Source: Gemmatimonadales bacterium (GTDB lineage: Bacteria; Gemmatimonadota; Gemmatimonadetes; Gemmatimonadales; GWC2-71-9). Taken from it: 64,000 nucleotides of DNA. Below, one piece after another: positions 54,632 through 63,461 of this stretch. Position 1 is the first letter of the stretch. Each line of letters begins with the position of its first letter. The position numbers and the translations under genes are program-made. The stretch lies in assembly GCA_037189525.1 (NCBI GenBank), contig JBBCJC010000001.1, positions 640,001 to 704,000 of the forward strand, written 5' to 3'. The notes under the pieces are model-generated. The model did not search any database, was not told where the DNA came from, and saw nothing but the letters and a program-made list of their open reading frames with translations.

Positions 54632-56528
54632 CCGCCGGCGCCTCTGTCCTGCCGTGGTCGCCCTCTGCCTGGCCGGCGCCATCCCGCTCGGTGGGCAGAC
54701 TCACGACGTGCGCGACACCGTGGCCCTCGGCGCCTTCGTCGACGGAGTGATTCGGGCTCAGATGGCCGAGCTTCGCATCCCGTCGGCCGCAGTAGCCATC
54801 GTCCAGGGTGAGCGCGTCCTCTATGCCGCGGGATATGGGTACGCAGATATTGCCAAGCGGGTCCCGGTCGATCCGGCCACCAGCATGTTTCACATCGGCT
54901 CCACCGGCAAGCTCTTCACCTGGACCGCCGTGATGCAGCTGGTGGAGCAAGGGAAGCTCGATCTCGACCAGGACGTGAACCGGTACCTGACGACATTCCA
55001 GATTCCCGAGGCCTTCGGGAAGCCGATCACCCTTCGGCATCTGATGACGCACACCGCCGGCTTTCAGGAAGGGATCATCGGCTACTTCATCGGCCACGAC
55101 AGCGTCAACATCCGGTCGATCGACGAAACCCTGCGCGGTCACATCCCGGCACGGGTTCGGCCGCCAGGTGAGCTACCGTCGTATTCGAACTACGGCGCAT
55201 CGCTCGCGGGGCTGATCGTCGAGCAGGTGAGCGGCGAGCCGTTCGCGGAGTACATCGAGCGGCACATCTACCAGCCACTCGGCATCCAATACGCCACCTT
55301 CCGGGAGCCACTCCCGGACGCACTCCGCCCGCATACCGTGCTCGGGTATTCGTTCGCCAGTGGCGCGTTCCAGCCGATGCCGTCCGAGATCAACCACGGG
55401 TTCGTGCCGTCGGGCGGCACGGTCATGTCGGCGCTCGACGCGGCGCGGTTCATGAGCGCCCATCTGCAGGAGGGCCGGCTCGGCGACTCGACCATTCTCC
55501 AACCCACCACTGCGCGGCTGATGCACGCCCGCGCCTTCGGCGTCGACGCCCGACTACCCGGAACCGGCCTCGGTTTCGTCGAAGAACGGTTTCGAGGCCA
55601 GCGCACCATCGGACACAGCGGCGACAGCCAGTACTTCCACGTCGATCTGGTCTTGGTGCCGGAGCAGCAGTTGGGTGTGTTCGTCGCCTATGGTGGAGAA
55701 GGCCAGAGCACCATGGCCAGGGAGCGGTTCAAGGCGGCATTCTTCGAGCGCTACCTCGCGCCAAGCCCTCCGGATTCCACCACAGCTTCATCCGCCGGCC
55801 TCAGCGCCGGATCCGCCAGGTACGCAGGTGAGTACCGGCACATCCGGATGAACTATACCGACATCGACAAGTTCATCTATCTGGTGGCACTTCCCCCGAT
55901 CACCGTCGAGGCGCTCGAGGGCGGGCGGATCCTGGTTTCGGGCGGATTCGAGCCCGATTGGGTGCCGACCCAGTTCGAGCCCGTCGGGGAGCATCTCTTT
56001 CGCCAGGTGGGGGGCGAGCAGTTGATTGCCTTTCGGGTGACTGGCTCGGGCGACGTCAGCCATCTCCTGTCAAACCCGACTGTGGCAGCCGAGCGGATGC
56101 CCTGGAACGAATCGCCGTCGTTCTGGTACCCGGTGCTCGCGATCGCGGCCGTGGTGCTGCTGTCGGTCCTGATGGATGCCGGTTATCGTCGGGCCGAGGT
56201 GGGCGACCCTTCTTTGCGCCGGACGGGGCGGCTGGTCACCCTGACCGCGGCGTGGCCCTTCTTGACCCTGATCGCCGCGGCGCTGGTCATCGGTACGTAC
56301 CAAGCGTCGATCCTGGAGCGGATCCCGGTGGCGTTGAAGCTCGTGCTGGCCATGCCGCTGGTCTTCCTGATCCTGACTGCCGCCCTCACGGTTGCCGTGC
56401 TGGTGGTCTGGCGGAGCCGGTCAGCGACGTTAGGCCGTCGGATCCATCTCACCCTTACTGTCGTTGCCGCGATCGCCCTCTGCTGGTTCTCATGGCAGTG
56501 GAACATCCTCGGCTGGCAGTTCGGATAG
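54597..56528 (+). CDS. Serine hydrolase (beta-lactamase-like) with C-terminal membrane helices
   Basis: GSTGK, LMTHTAG, YSN, HSGD; 3-4 TM helices at the C-terminus. True start probably downstream (e.g. GTG 54654). Confidence 0.85.
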   Translation: MYTISRLFRAGNRRRLCPAVVALCLAGAIPLGGQTHDVRDTVALGAFVDGVIRAQMAELRIPSAAVAIVQGERVLYAAGYGYADIAKRVPVDPATSMFHIGSTGKLFTWTAVMQLVEQGKLDLDQDVNRYLTTFQIPEAFGKPITLRHLMTHTAGFQEGIIGYFIGHDSVNIRSIDETLRGHIPARVRPPGELPSYSNYGASLAGLIVEQVSGEPFAEYIERHIYQPLGIQYATFREPLPDALRPHTVLGYSFASGAFQPMPSEINHGFVPSGGTVMSALDAARFMSAHLQEGRLGDSTILQPTTARLMHARAFGVDARLPGTGLGFVEERFRGQRTIGHSGDSQYFHVDLVLVPEQQLGVFVAYGGEGQSTMARERFKAAFFERYLAPSPPDSTTASSAGLSAGSARYAGEYRHIRMNYTDIDKFIYLVALPPITVEALEGGRILVSGGFEPDWVPTQFEPVGEHLFRQVGGEQLIAFRVTGSGDVSHLLSNPTVAAERMPWNESPSFWYPVLAIAAVVLLSVLMDAGYRRAEVGDPSLRRTGRLVTLTAAWPFLTLIAAALVIGTYQASILERIPVALKLVLAMPLVFLILTAALTVAVLVVWRSRSATLGRRIHLTLTVVAAIALCWFSWQWNILGWQFG

Positions 56529-56535
56529 AGGCTCC

Positions 56536-58587
56536 TCAGCTGACCGGCCGGCGCTCCACCAGTGTCAGGATCGAGTAGACCGCGCAGACCTCTTTATCCT
56601 GGTTGGTCACCTCGACGTCCCATTCCACCACGCCTTGCGGCACCCCGTCGGGCGGGGTCTCCTTGAGCGTCTTCTGCTTGGCGGTGAAGCGAACGGCAAT
56701 CGTGTCGCCCGGGTAGACGGGCTTGGTGAAGCGCAACCGCTCGAGCCCGTAGTTGGCAAGGACGGGACCCTTGGGCGGATAGACGAAGAGGCCGGCAGCT
56801 GCGGAGAGCACGAAGTAGCCGTGCGCCACCCGCTTCCCGAAGAGCGGCGACTCTTTGGCCGCGATCTCGTCGGTGTGGGCATAGAAGTAGTCGCCCGAGA
56901 TCCCGGCAAAGTTCACCACATCGGCTTCGGTGACCGTGCGGCGATGCGTGAAGAGCGTGTCGCCGATCTCGATGTCGTCGAAATATTTCGAGAAGGGATG
57001 CGCCACGTCGGTCGGCGTGTTGGCGCCCTTCATCCAGAGATTGGTGATCCGGGTCAGGGTCTCGGGCGAACCCTGGATCGCGGTCCGCTGCAGGTAGTGC
57101 ATCACCCCGCGGATACCGCCCATCTCCTCGCCGCCGCCCGCGCGACCAGGACCGCCGTGAATCAGGTGCGGCATCGGCGATCCGTGCCCGGTCGATTCCC
57201 CGGCCGAGTGACGGTTGATCACGAGCAACCGACCGTGATAGGCGGCGGTGCCCAGCACGATCTCACGAGCCACCCGATCATCGGCCGTAAAGAGGGAGCC
57301 GACCAGACTGCCCTTGCCGCGCTTGGTCAGCTCGACGGCCTCGTCGAGCGTCCGGTATCCCATCACGGTATTGACGGGACCGAACGCTTCGACATCGTGG
57401 ACGTAGCTGCTGCCGAGCGGGTCGGCGCAATGCAACAGGACCGGGGCAAAGAACGCGCCCTTATTCTTGTCTGCCCCCTTCACGGCAAAGTCGTCGAGGC
57501 TGCCGTACGCTACAGTCGCTGCGGACGTGAGCAACTCGACATTCTTCCGGACCTCGGCCACCTGCCCCCTGGTTGCGAGAGGACCCATCCGAACGCCTTC
57601 GACCGAGGGGTCGCCCAGGACGGCGCCGCCGAGCCGTTTACCGAGCGCCTCGATCACGGCGCCGACCAGCGGTTCGGGCACGAAGGTGCGGCGAATGGCG
57701 GTACAGCGCTGCCCCGACTTGAGCGTCATTTCCCGAGCGACTTCTTTGATGAACAAGTCGAACTCGGGTGTGCCCGGCGCGTCGTTCGGCCCCAACATGC
57801 AGAAGTTGAGCGAATCCGCCTCCATGTTGAAGCGGATCGACTCCTCGATGATCTTGGGATGCGCGCGCAGCTTGCGACCGGTTGCCGCGGAACCGGTAAA
57901 GGTCACCACGTCCTGCAGCGTCAGGTGATCGAAGAGGTCGCCCACCCCGCCCACGATCAGCTGCAGCGCACCTTCCGGCAGCAGCTTCGACTCGATGATG
58001 GCCCGCACGACCGCTTCGGTCAGAAAACTCGTCGCGGTTGCCGGCTTGACGATGGACGGCATGCCGCCCAGGAAGGTCGGCGCCAGTTTTTCCAGCATGC
58101 CCCAGACGGGGAAATTGTAGGCGTTGATATGGACCGCCACGCCTTCGAGCGGCACGGCGATGTGCCGGCCGACGAAAGTTCCGCCTTTGGAGAGCGGCTC
58201 CAGATCACCGTCGATGTAGAAGGTCTCGTCGGGGAGTTCGCGCCGGCCCTTGCTGGCAAAGGTGAAGAGCGTGCCGAAGCCGCCTTCGATATCGACCCAG
58301 GAATCGTTCCGGGTGGCGCCGGTGGCTTTGGAGATCTCGTAGAACTCCTCTTTCCGCTCCATCAGATACTGAGCCAGGGCTTTGATCATCCGGGCGCGCT
58401 CATGGAACGTCATCTTGCGCAGCACCGGCCCGCCCACGCGGCGGCCGTACTCGAGCATCGTTTTGAAGTCGAGCCCTTCGCTGGATGCCTGGGCTACCGG
58501 CTCACCGGTGACGGCGTGCACCAGCGTGGCGGCTTTCCCCGTTCCGGCCACCCACTGTCCCTGCGCATAAGAAGTCAGCGTACGCAC
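56536..58587 (-). CDS. paaZ: Phenylacetate degradation bifunctional protein PaaZ
   Basis: ALDH domain (INAYNFPVWG, MEADSLN, GQRCTAIRR) fused to a MaoC hydratase domain (GDYFYAH, VAHGYF). Confidence 0.95.
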   Translation of the reverse strand: MRTLTSYAQGQWVAGTGKAATLVHAVTGEPVAQASSEGLDFKTMLEYGRRVGGPVLRKMTFHERARMIKALAQYLMERKEEFYEISKATGATRNDSWVDIEGGFGTLFTFASKGRRELPDETFYIDGDLEPLSKGGTFVGRHIAVPLEGVAVHINAYNFPVWGMLEKLAPTFLGGMPSIVKPATATSFLTEAVVRAIIESKLLPEGALQLIVGGVGDLFDHLTLQDVVTFTGSAATGRKLRAHPKIIEESIRFNMEADSLNFCMLGPNDAPGTPEFDLFIKEVAREMTLKSGQRCTAIRRTFVPEPLVGAVIEALGKRLGGAVLGDPSVEGVRMGPLATRGQVAEVRKNVELLTSAATVAYGSLDDFAVKGADKNKGAFFAPVLLHCADPLGSSYVHDVEAFGPVNTVMGYRTLDEAVELTKRGKGSLVGSLFTADDRVAREIVLGTAAYHGRLLVINRHSAGESTGHGSPMPHLIHGGPGRAGGGEEMGGIRGVMHYLQRTAIQGSPETLTRITNLWMKGANTPTDVAHPFSKYFDDIEIGDTLFTHRRTVTEADVVNFAGISGDYFYAHTDEIAAKESPLFGKRVAHGYFVLSAAAGLFVYPPKGPVLANYGLERLRFTKPVYPGDTIAVRFTAKQKTLKETPPDGVPQGVVEWDVEVTNQDKEVCAVYSILTLVERRPVS

Positions 58588-58642
58588 CGATCACTCCTCG
58601 AATTGACGGGTCCGTCGCCCGGGGCGACGCACCACTGCGGCG

Positions 58643-59227
58643 TCAGGCCGCGTGATCCGCACCGAGCGCCCGGAGGGTGAGCGCGGCAAAATGATCGGCC
58701 ACCTCGTCGATCGTGAGCGAGGCGGCCGGTTTGAACCACTGATAACTCCAGTTGAGCACGGAGAGCACGTAGATCGCCGCCAGTTTGGCGTCGGCGACGC
58801 GAAAGACGCCCTCGGTGATGCCCTGATCGATGGTACGGCGAAAGATGGCCTCGTACGCATCACGACGGCGCGCGATTTCCCGACGACGGGAATCCGAGAG
58901 GCATTGCCATTCATTCGAAAATACGGTCGCGGACGACAACTCGGCCGCGACCGTCTCGAGATGGCTCCGAATCAGGCGACCGAGCCTGCTCACCGGGTTC
59001 GGGTCGTCAGCCACGGCGTCGGCCGACCGCTGAAACCGGGCCGCAATCCGGTCGACGATCTGCCAGAGGAGGTCTTCCTTGGACTCGATGTGGGCGTAGA
59101 GACTGCCGCCCTGAACGTCGAGTTCGCGGGCCAGATCGCGCACGGTGGTTCCGTGGTAGCCCCGGCGGCTGAACATGGCGCCGGCCGCCTGCAATAACTC
59201 TTCTTTACGTGTGATGGTCGTGCTCAT
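58643..59227 (-). CDS. TetR family regulator, PaaR-like
   Basis: GYHGTTVRDLA..SLY.H..SKEDLL; upstream of paaZ. Confidence 0.88.
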   Translation of the reverse strand: MSTTITRKEELLQAAGAMFSRRGYHGTTVRDLARELDVQGGSLYAHIESKEDLLWQIVDRIAARFQRSADAVADDPNPVSRLGRLIRSHLETVAAELSSATVFSNEWQCLSDSRRREIARRRDAYEAIFRRTIDQGITEGVFRVADAKLAAIYVLSVLNWSYQWFKPAASLTIDEVADHFAALTLRALGADHAA

Positions 59228-59248
59228 CCGAGGCCTCCGCCAGGGCGG

Positions 59249-59285
59249 AATGTAGGGTCGGCAGTCGACCCAAACAAGCGTTTGG
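59249..59285 (-). promoter_or_regulatory. tetR-paaZ promoter with PaaR-type operator
   Basis: TTGTTT-17-TACATT; palindrome CCAAAC-AAGC-GTTTGG (59270-59285) covering the -35. Confidence 0.75.
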
Positions 59286-59391
59286 TAGTAGACCGGACGG
59301 CTGGGACCCTCGCGGACTATGAAGCGTCCGGTAGGTCGCCTGGAGCGGTTCGGTCACCAATCCGACCGGAGTGGCACTTCGCGTTGCGCGG

Positions 59392-59799
59392 CTACCGGAA
59401 GAGGAGCGACATCAGGCCGAGCGGCTGGCGCGCCCGCGCCGTGAGGATCACGCTGCCGTAGCAGGTCAACGCGGCGACGAATGCCAGCGCCTGGACGGTG
59501 CGCGTCCGGCCCCGATCCAGAGTCAGGAGACCAAACAGGATATAGAGGACAATCAGGCTCAGTTTTGCCAGCAGCCAGGGCGTCCTGCTCGGCTCGATGC
59601 GCAGAATCACGAGCAACAGGAGCGCCGTCAGCAATAGCGCCGTATCGAGGAGATGACTCACTCGGCGCGCCAGCCGGTCCAGCGACGTGGCGACTCCGAG
59701 CAACATCCCGACCCCGCGGCAGAGGAACAACGCGCCGCTGGTCAGGGCCAGGCTCACATGCGCCGTGCGGATGAAGGGATACAACTCGGCGAGCGTCAT
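59392..59799 (-). CDS. SirB2 family membrane protein
   Basis: H...DT.LL, WLLAKL...LYILFG; 4 TM helices. Confidence 0.82.
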   Translation of the reverse strand: MTLAELYPFIRTAHVSLALTSGALFLCRGVGMLLGVATSLDRLARRVSHLLDTALLLTALLLLVILRIEPSRTPWLLAKLSLIVLYILFGLLTLDRGRTRTVQALAFVAALTCYGSVILTARARQPLGLMSLLFR

Positions 59800-59811
59800 A
59801 GGACCCGGGAA

Positions 59812-60252
59812 CTACCAGTGCAGGTAGAGCATCGCTTTGGCGAGGACGACGATCAGCAGCACGTGGCAGAAGACGCTCAGATGCAGCCGCTTGGAGCGCA
59901 CACCGGAGAGCATCCCACGCCGCCGCCAGGTCATGGCCGTGGCGAAATGACCGAACACACTGATGGCCAGCAGGATTTTGATGCTGAGCAGCAGGCCGAG
60001 ACTACTGTCGAACGGCCGAGCCAGCGCCGCGCGATATCCCCAGGCCAGGCCAATACCAGCCGTGAACAACACCAGCAGGACCCAGGGCATGATGGCGACG
60101 GCGCGGCGGCCTATCGTCCGCTCCACTTCGCGCACCAACTCCCGTGGCAGATGCTTGCGGACCGCGTCGAGCATCACCACCTCGAAGAACACCGTACCCG
60201 CGAAGACAATGGCCGCGAGCAGATGGAGGGTAACGAGGATGCCGCGATTCAT
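59812..60252 (-). CDS. CopD-like His-containing membrane protein
   Basis: HLLAAI.F.GTVFFEV, GHF, HLSVFCH...LAK.M. Confidence 0.75.
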   Translation of the reverse strand: MNRGILVTLHLLAAIVFAGTVFFEVVMLDAVRKHLPRELVREVERTIGRRAVAIMPWVLLVLFTAGIGLAWGYRAALARPFDSSLGLLLSIKILLAISVFGHFATAMTWRRRGMLSGVRSKRLHLSVFCHVLLIVVLAKAMLYLHW

Positions 60253-60701
60253 GAGGCCCGACGCCGCTCCAGGCGAACGCGTTGCCCCGGCGACGGAGGA
60301 CCCCGATCAACCAGCAGGTCGGCCAGTGTGAAGCCGTCCAGGTGCGACAGGAATCCCCGCATGGCTCCGTCGAGCACTCCGGCAAGCCGGCAGTCGCCTG
60401 TCAGGGTACAGCGGTTGCCGCTTCCCCAGCACTCCACCAGGTCGAAATCGGGCTCGACGCTGCGCACCACGGCGCCCAGGTTGATGGCGTCGGGCGCCGC
60501 GCCGAGCCGCATGCCGCCGCCCTTGCCACGCACGGTCTCGATCCACCGCTGGCGACCCAACCGGTGCGTCACCTTCATCAGGTGCGCTTCGGAAATGCCA
60601 TATGCCTGGGCAATCTCTGCGATGGTGCAGAGCCGCTCCGGTCGCTGCGCAACGTAGATCAGGAGGCGCAGCGAGAAATCAGTCATCGCGGTCAGGCGCA
60701 T
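60249..60701 (-). CDS. nsrR: Rrf2-family NO-sensing regulator NsrR
   Basis: MRLT..TDFSLR, HLMKV, RGKGGG, three Cys (ECW..C..C); NsrR box upstream of the operon. Confidence 0.85.
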   Translation of the reverse strand: MRLTAMTDFSLRLLIYVAQRPERLCTIAEIAQAYGISEAHLMKVTHRLGRQRWIETVRGKGGGMRLGAAPDAINLGAVVRSVEPDFDLVECWGSGNRCTLTGDCRLAGVLDGAMRGFLSHLDGFTLADLLVDRGPPSPGQRVRLERRRAS

Positions 60702-60719
60702 CTGCGGATCACCAACCGG

Positions 60720-61124
60720 TCAGTCGTACACCAGGGTCGACGGAATTCCTCCCGGACGGCGCCGCGCCTGATATCCCATCCAGAGGCTCTGGGCAATCCG
60801 CTCGGCGAAAGACAAGGCCTGCAGCGCCATGGCCTGATTGGGCTGCGCAGCCGTCGTTTCGCGAAAGAGCGCCACCCAGCGCTGGAATAACTCGGCGGTC
60901 AAACCCGGAAGCACCGCGTGCTTCGGCATGGGCGCGCCCGCGAACCGGCCGGTGTGCAGCAGGAGGGCCGACCAGAAGTCGACCATCACGCCCAGATGGC
61001 GGTCCCAATTGCTGATGTGGGCATCGAAGATGGGGCCGAGCGCCTCATCTTCCCGGATCCGGCCGTAAAAATCGTGAACCAGACGGGTGATCTCGTCTTC
61101 GGTGCAAAGTGCGGTGGCAGACAT
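60720..61124 (-). CDS. Group III truncated hemoglobin
   Basis: FY..IR.D..LGPIF, W..HL..M.DFWS, PM.KH, F.RW..LF. Confidence 0.92.
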   Translation of the reverse strand: MSATALCTEDEITRLVHDFYGRIREDEALGPIFDAHISNWDRHLGVMVDFWSALLLHTGRFAGAPMPKHAVLPGLTAELFQRWVALFRETTAAQPNQAMALQALSFAERIAQSLWMGYQARRRPGGIPSTLVYD

Positions 61125-61152
61125 CGACAATCCCTCTCCGGGCGTCGCGGAT

Positions 61153-61175
61153 AAGATCTATTTCAAATACATCTT
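61153..61175. promoter_or_regulatory. NsrR binding box
   Basis: AAGATCTATTT-C-AAATACATCTT, an 11-1-11 inverted repeat with one mismatch. Confidence 0.85.
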
Positions 61176-61248
61176 TTAAGGTGTGGGAGACGGCGTTCGA
61201 AGTCAATCTCCTAGAGTTGGGGCGCCATGGCCGAACAGCAGGCTCGCG

Positions 61249-62061
61249 TCAGGTATCCGGCCAGTAGTGGGAATCCGGCAGCGCACGCGGTCCGAAGATC
61301 GCCTGGCCGACCCGGACCGTGGTGGCGCCTTCCTCGACGGCGATCTCGAAATCACCCGACATCCCCATCGACAGCTCGTCCAGGCCGAACCCGTCGATAG
61401 CAGCGTCCCGGAGCTGGTCGCGGAGCACGCGAAGGCGGCGGAAACAGGCCCGTACCTGGTCCTGATCCGCCGAAAACACGGCGAGCGTCATCAGCCCGCG
61501 TACCCGCAGCCTCGAATACGCCGGGAGCGCGCGCAGCAACGGCAAGGCCGCGTCCGGTTCGACGCCGAATTTGCTCGATTCACCCGAGGTATTGACCTGA
61601 ACCAGTACGTCCAGGGTCCGGTCTTCCAGTTCGAGCCGCCGTTGCAGGGCGTCGGCGAGCCGGAGCCGGTCCAGCGCCTGGAACTCGCTCGCAAAGCGGG
61701 CTACGACTCCCGCCTTGTTGCGCTGCAGATGCCCGATGATGACCCACCGCGGCGACAGATCGGCCAGTTCCCGGGATTTCCGCTCCGCTTCCTGGACCAT
61801 GTTCTCGCCGAGTTCGGTGCAGCCCGCGGCGATGGCCGCGCGCAGCCGCTCGGCCGGAATGGTCTTCGACACCGGCAGCAGGCGGACCGACGCCGGGTCG
61901 CGACCCGCTCGTGCGCAGGCAGCGTCAATCCGTTCTCGGACCTGGATCAGACGCCCGGCAAAATCCCGGACGAGCGAGGCGTCCGGCGGAGGCGGACCGC
62001 CGAACAGGAGATGCTCGAACTCGTGCATGTAACAGGGCGGTGAGCCGAAGTCGTCGGTCAT
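61249..62061 (-). CDS. yggS: YggS/PROSC PLP-binding protein with N-terminal extension
   Basis: LLPVSKT, GEN.VQE, IGHLQRNK, GLMT, LSMGMSGD, VRVG.AIFG.R. Confidence 0.92.
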   Translation of the reverse strand: MTDDFGSPPCYMHEFEHLLFGGPPPPDASLVRDFAGRLIQVRERIDAACARAGRDPASVRLLPVSKTIPAERLRAAIAAGCTELGENMVQEAERKSRELADLSPRWVIIGHLQRNKAGVVARFASEFQALDRLRLADALQRRLELEDRTLDVLVQVNTSGESSKFGVEPDAALPLLRALPAYSRLRVRGLMTLAVFSADQDQVRACFRRLRVLRDQLRDAAIDGFGLDELSMGMSGDFEIAVEEGATTVRVGQAIFGPRALPDSHYWPDT

Positions 62062-62065
62062 CGCG

Positions 62066-62644
62066 TCACGCGCTCTGCGCGGCTGGCATGGTCCATTCCC
62101 GGCAGAGCCGCACCGTCTGCTCCTCGGCCAGGGGCTCGCGCGTCAGGCCACAGCGGCTACCATCGGCTTCGCGCAGGTAGTGCGCGCAATGGTGGCAGAT
62201 CCCGAAGGGACGCTGGCCGTTCCGCCGCTGCAATCCAGTCAGCAGGCCACGGAGCGTATCCTCCAGTTGCCCGGCCAGCATCGGTGCCGCGGCCAGCTCG
62301 GCGTCCAGGTCCTTGGTCCAGCTGTCTTCCAGAACGGCGCGGCCGGCCGGCGTGAGCAGGAGCTGCACCCGGCGACCGTGACGTTCATCGGGCTTCTTCT
62401 CGATCAGGCCCTTTCGCTCCAACACCGCCAGGGACTGCGATACCGTGCCGCGGGTCAGACCGAAATACTCGGCGATGGCAATCGGGATATCGCTGTACCG
62501 ATTGGCCCGGGCCAGGTAGCTCAGGACCTGGACGTGGATCGGCAACAGGCCGTGGCGCGCGGCATCGTCACGCGTCGATTGGTGGATCAACGCGCCGAGT
62601 CGTTCGAGCAGCAACAAAGAGCCGTTCATGGCAGCCGGGGTCAC
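62066..62644 (-). CDS. MarR-family regulator with C-terminal four-Cys cluster
   Basis: wHTH T.GTVSQS...LE.KG...D.R; CHHC...C...C tail. Confidence 0.88.
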   Translation of the reverse strand: MTPAAMNGSLLLLERLGALIHQSTRDDAARHGLLPIHVQVLSYLARANRYSDIPIAIAEYFGLTRGTVSQSLAVLERKGLIEKKPDERHGRRVQLLLTPAGRAVLEDSWTKDLDAELAAAPMLAGQLEDTLRGLLTGLQRRNGQRPFGICHHCAHYLREADGSRCGLTREPLAEEQTVRLCREWTMPAAQSA

Positions 62645-62663
62645 TCCCTTCTTGACGACCGGA

Positions 62664-62704
62664 ATGTATCGACTCTATACTTAAAATGTATTTAGTCGAT
62701 ACAT
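62664..62704. promoter_or_regulatory. Double operator between divergent marR and thioredoxin genes
   Basis: ATGTATCGACT-N19-AGTCGATACAT, containing two GTAT-N7-ATAC boxes (62666-62680 and 62688-62702). Confidence 0.8.
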
Positions 62705-62726
62705 AAATAACTCTCAGGAGGTCCTC

Positions 62727-62960
62727 ATGAGCAAGGTCCAGTTCTTTCACGCCGGATGCCCGGTGTGCGTCTCCGCCGAGCAGCAGTTCGCCAATGCCCT
62801 GGATCCGGCCCGTTACGACGTCGAGATCGTCCACCTGGGCGAACAGAAGAACCGGGTTGCCGAGGCCGAGGGGTTCGGGGTCAAGTCGGTCCCGGCCCTG
62901 GTGATCGACGGGACGCCTTTCCATATCAACTTCGGGGCGGCCATCGCGGATTTGAAGTGA
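62727..62960 (+). CDS. Small thioredoxin/glutaredoxin-like protein
   Basis: AGGAGG RBS; CPVC; SVPALV (cis-Pro motif). Confidence 0.88.
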   Translation: MSKVQFFHAGCPVCVSAEQQFANALDPARYDVEIVHLGEQKNRVAEAEGFGVKSVPALVIDGTPFHINFGAAIADLK

Positions 62961-63451
62961 TGCGACCCGTTTCGCGGCCCGCCGACGGCGCTCCCGACTG
63001 GCACGTCAGCCAGTGGTTCAACACGCCGGTTACGCTCGACCTTGTCGCCCTCCGCGGCAAGGTCGTCGTGCTCCATGCCTTCCAGATGCTGTGTCCGGGC
63101 TGCGTCAGCCACGCCATTCCACAGGCGGAGCGGATCCATCGTCTTTTCTCGGACGAGGGCGTGGCGGTCGTCGGCCTCCATACGGTCTTCGAGCATCATG
63201 CGGCCATGCAGCCGGTGTCGCTGGAGGCCTTTCTGCACGAGTACCGTATCACCCATCCCGTTGGAGTCGACCTGGCGGTGCCCGGCCAACCGATTCCCAC
63301 GACCATGCAACGGTATCGGATGCAGGGCACACCGACCCTGATCCTGATCGATCGCGCGGGCCGGTTGCGGCTGCAGCACTTCGGCCGCATCGACGACCTG
63401 GCGGCGGGCGCGGAAATCATGCGCCTCGTCGCGGAAACGCCGAGCAGCTAG
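62960..63451 (+). CDS. Redoxin (TlpA/AhpC-TSA-like) protein
   Basis: FQMLCPGC, GLHTVFEHH, GTPT; TGATG overlap with the upstream gene. Confidence 0.88.
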   Translation: MRPVSRPADGAPDWHVSQWFNTPVTLDLVALRGKVVVLHAFQMLCPGCVSHAIPQAERIHRLFSDEGVAVVGLHTVFEHHAAMQPVSLEAFLHEYRITHPVGVDLAVPGQPIPTTMQRYRMQGTPTLILIDRAGRLRLQHFGRIDDLAAGAEIMRLVAETPSS

Positions 63452-63461
63452 TCCCAGTTGC

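Noticed and set aside
56464..58680. 738-aa plus-strand ORF (likewise 47294-49564, 38198-40066, 39906-41582, 11857-13296, 2639-4225)
   Set aside because: Antisense to well-supported genes, with low-complexity Arg/Gly/Pro-rich translations.
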